A stretch of DNA of 64,000 nucleotides. Origin: Perna viridis (Eukaryota). The DNA lies in the NCBI GenBank assembly GCA_037379345.1, contig CM074514.1:4092001-4156000 (forward strand). Direction: 5' to 3'. Position numbers and translations under genes: made by a program. Within the stretch, counting starts at the first letter, position 1. Each line of letters begins with the position of its first letter. The notes under the pieces were generated by a model, which did not search any database, was not told the DNA's origin, and saw only the letters and a list, made by a program, of their open reading frames with translations. This document shows, piece by piece, positions 61,111 through 64,000 of this stretch.

Positions 61111-61980
61111 AAGACAACATACTTTGTTACTGTTAAAGTTTTTCACAACAGGTATCAGTTTGGTGAAGTCTGGTTCAAATGTTTCTGTCCTGTTTTTATA
61201 AGAAACCGTGACAGTCAAAATATCAGTTTTCTTCATTATTTCATAACCATTGATGACGCCGTCCCATGTGCATCTAGTATTATACCTAAACAACGTGTTA
61301 ACAACCAGGATCTTTGTTTTGAGGAGATCATGAAAAACTCCTCCATCCTGGAAAAGTATCAACAAACCATGCAACTGATGAAACCTGACACCCGAAACTC
61401 TTGATTTGAAGGAGAGTAATAATGAGGGATTAAAGCATGTAGTCACGAGCTCGGAACAGAGTCTGACGTTCTGAAGTCACCATAGACGCTAGTAAGAGAG
61501 GAACTTTGTGTAGTCAATCTTGATCAGAAGTCAAATCGGAACAAGAGACAGACCTGTCACACATTCCGGATCATGAACCATATTGCAATAAAATTTCTCT
61601 GATTTAGAACCAATTAAACTTTGTCAGTTGCACGGATTTGAAAGGGTTGGTCGGGTTATAGCAAACAATCAGTATTTTAATTTAGACCTTGGCCATAAAT
61701 TTTTTTTATCTATGATATATTTTGGTATGTTTAATTTTGGCACTTTTCAGGGGCACCAAATAATCCAAAATAAAAGGACAATTAAAATATCCCAATGTAC
61801 AGTAATTTGTACGGTCAATATTCATGGTGTACCAAGAAAGGGCTACAATAAATAAAATCTGAATTAAAGGCTAAAATCTAAAAGCTAGAATAGCAGCCAT
61901 CATTAATCATACAATTAGTGTAATGTCAATTTTGCATTTGATATAAGTAAGTAAATAAAAAGTCTCAAATAAGCAAGTTA

Positions 61981-62181
<201 letters not shown>

Positions 62182-62800
62182 TTATCATTTATAAGTTCAT
62201 AAAAGGCATTATTTAATGTCCATATTGTTTCAAATTACTATCATATTCAAGTCCAAAATTATGTAAAAGATTAAACCATTATTTAAATCATTCACCCTCT
62301 ATTTGAAAAAAAAACAGGAAAGGTTCTTTATTCCAACTGCTTTGTCAACATCTGTCCATGCTTTGTAATTTACTGTATATCATAGAGATCACCAACTCAT
62401 TAACTCAGTTATAACAATAAGAACATGTAAACAAAACCAGTTTCTAATTTAGGTTTCATAGATGTATGAAATAATTTGCAAGGAAAACTGAAGTAAATGG
62501 TTAAGTGAATCATGTAACAGAAAGCTTCAACACAATATTCTATAAAGCATATGAACACAGTGAATAAAATCTGCCATGTTGGCTGAATTGAATTAAGCTT
62601 ACAACAATTTTATTTGTTAACTTTACAAAAGGAATAGGACACAAGTTTTACCAACTTATGACATCTTCTCCTGACAATAATTTAAAATGCATAAATTAAA
62701 ACATTAAGGGCATGAACTGAATCATCAAATATATTAAAAAAATACAGTTTTGAATTTAATTAAACAATGGGGAAAAAAAATGACAGTACAACAAAAACAA

Positions 62801-63414
62801 AACAAGAGGTTCTCAAAACGCCAGAATCATTCATCTGGCAAACCTTATTAACCCTAGTTAATGTACCATGCTTTGTTACCATTTCTATTTTAAGTAACAA
62901 CAGCCATATTTTTTTAACCAACAAAAAATTTTAAATGATGAGATCATGCAGGATACCCTAAAAGGAACTTTCATTAAATTTTGTCTCATGGAATCAGAGA
63001 AGAAGATTTTCCAAGTTTTACAGATGAAAAAGACAAAAAAAACTGCATCAAGGTTCTGTAAATCCTACATCAGGCGACAAATATTTTGAAAATTTCTACA
63101 TAGGTCCGTCTTCTGATGGTGAACAATATTGATCTCTGTCAGAAAATTCAACAGTTTTTGAGTTATTTGCAAAAACTTTATTTTGACCCCTATGTTTTAT
63201 TTTTAGTAACAACAACCCTATTTTTCAATATTTCAAAAAAATTTAAATAATCAGTTTGTGCAGGATACTCTAAGGTATAACAATGCTGACTTTCATTTCA
63301 ATTGATAAAAGAGTTACAGAGGAGAAGATGTTAAAAAAAACTAATGACGACAAATGATGACAGACACAAAGTGATAACAAAAGCTCACCGGCCTTTAGGC
63401 AAGGTGAGCTAAAA
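62801..63414 (+). mobile_element. Degenerate non-autonomous Helentron-type element
   Basis: 5' AACAAGAGG...; 3' AGCTCACCGGCCTTTAGGCAAGGTGAGCTAAAA hairpin. Confidence 0.68.
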
Positions 63415-64000
63415 ATTTATAAATTTCATAAATACATGTACATAACTGAAGAGAAAAATAAAAAGGACGGATGGATTTCCTGTTGTGCGACATTTATTTT
63501 CTGTTCATAATATTAGATCAAAAATCTTTTTGATCTTTCAATAAATATGAAGACTTTATCAAGACAAAACATGCAGCAGAAATGAGCAGATATGTTGGAT
63601 ACATTGATTATATGTTCAAAATTAACATTTTGGTTCATTGTGTTTTGTTCAAAATTAGGGGTGGCAATTTTTCATCTAACTTGACATGTACAGTATCACA
63701 CAAAAGTTTGTTTAAACTACAGTATTGTGAAAATTAAAGTGCTATTAGCACTGGAGGCTTTTGATTCTAGTGAAAATGGTAGCATAAACAAAATTTTTAG
63801 GATTACAATGTTCAAAATAAAATTGTGATCATACATTTACATTTTTCATATTCAATATCAGGTACTGTTTTTCCATAATATGTTTAAACTGAATGTCAAT
63901 TCATACTTTTGATCTAACTTCACACACAATTACAAATTTTATTCCATTACACCTATTTTCATCATGATGACTACTTTTACTCACATCAAAATTGGCTAAA

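Larger units (their letters stand above)
56430..61115 (+). mobile_element. Decayed L1/Tx1-type LINE retrotransposon, antisense within the SMG1 intron
   Basis: ORF1 plus a ~920-bp spacer plus APE-RT ORF2 with stops, frameshifts and deletions. No poly(A) tail or TSD seen. Confidence 0.92.

Overview
AT-rich eukaryotic (animal) genomic DNA with GT-AG introns. The repeat families look like those of a bivalve mollusc (inference). The ORF track is mostly noise, so genes were rebuilt by hand from splice sites and reading-frame phase. Contents: (1) last three exons of a lysosomal alpha-mannosidase (GH38, MAN2B1-like, + strand, 178-1175); (2) an uncharacterised + strand gene (5371-11550, 234 aa, with a probable second first exon) resembling ciliary microtubule-inner proteins; (3) the 3' 27 coding exons of the NMD kinase SMG1 (- strand, 40983 to 18520, 1224 aa, every junction phase-consistent, ending in the FATC motif LYEGWTPWV); (4) an SMG1 intron apparently over 23 kb (40984 to window end) holding an intronless same-strand class A GPCR (50628-51650), a decayed L1/Tx1-type LINE, an inverted SINE-like pair with TSDs, a hAT-type MITE and several minisatellites; (5) Penelope-like RT remnants and Helentron-type non-autonomous elements. 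The most striking unexplained structure: at least 7 of the 26 complete SMG1 introns begin with tandem, progressively decaying copies of the upstream exon's 3' part, usually including its 5' splice site ('exon echoes'). I saw no equivalent at acceptor sites. These create arrays of decoy donors, most of which would give premature stops in the gene for the NMD kinase itself.
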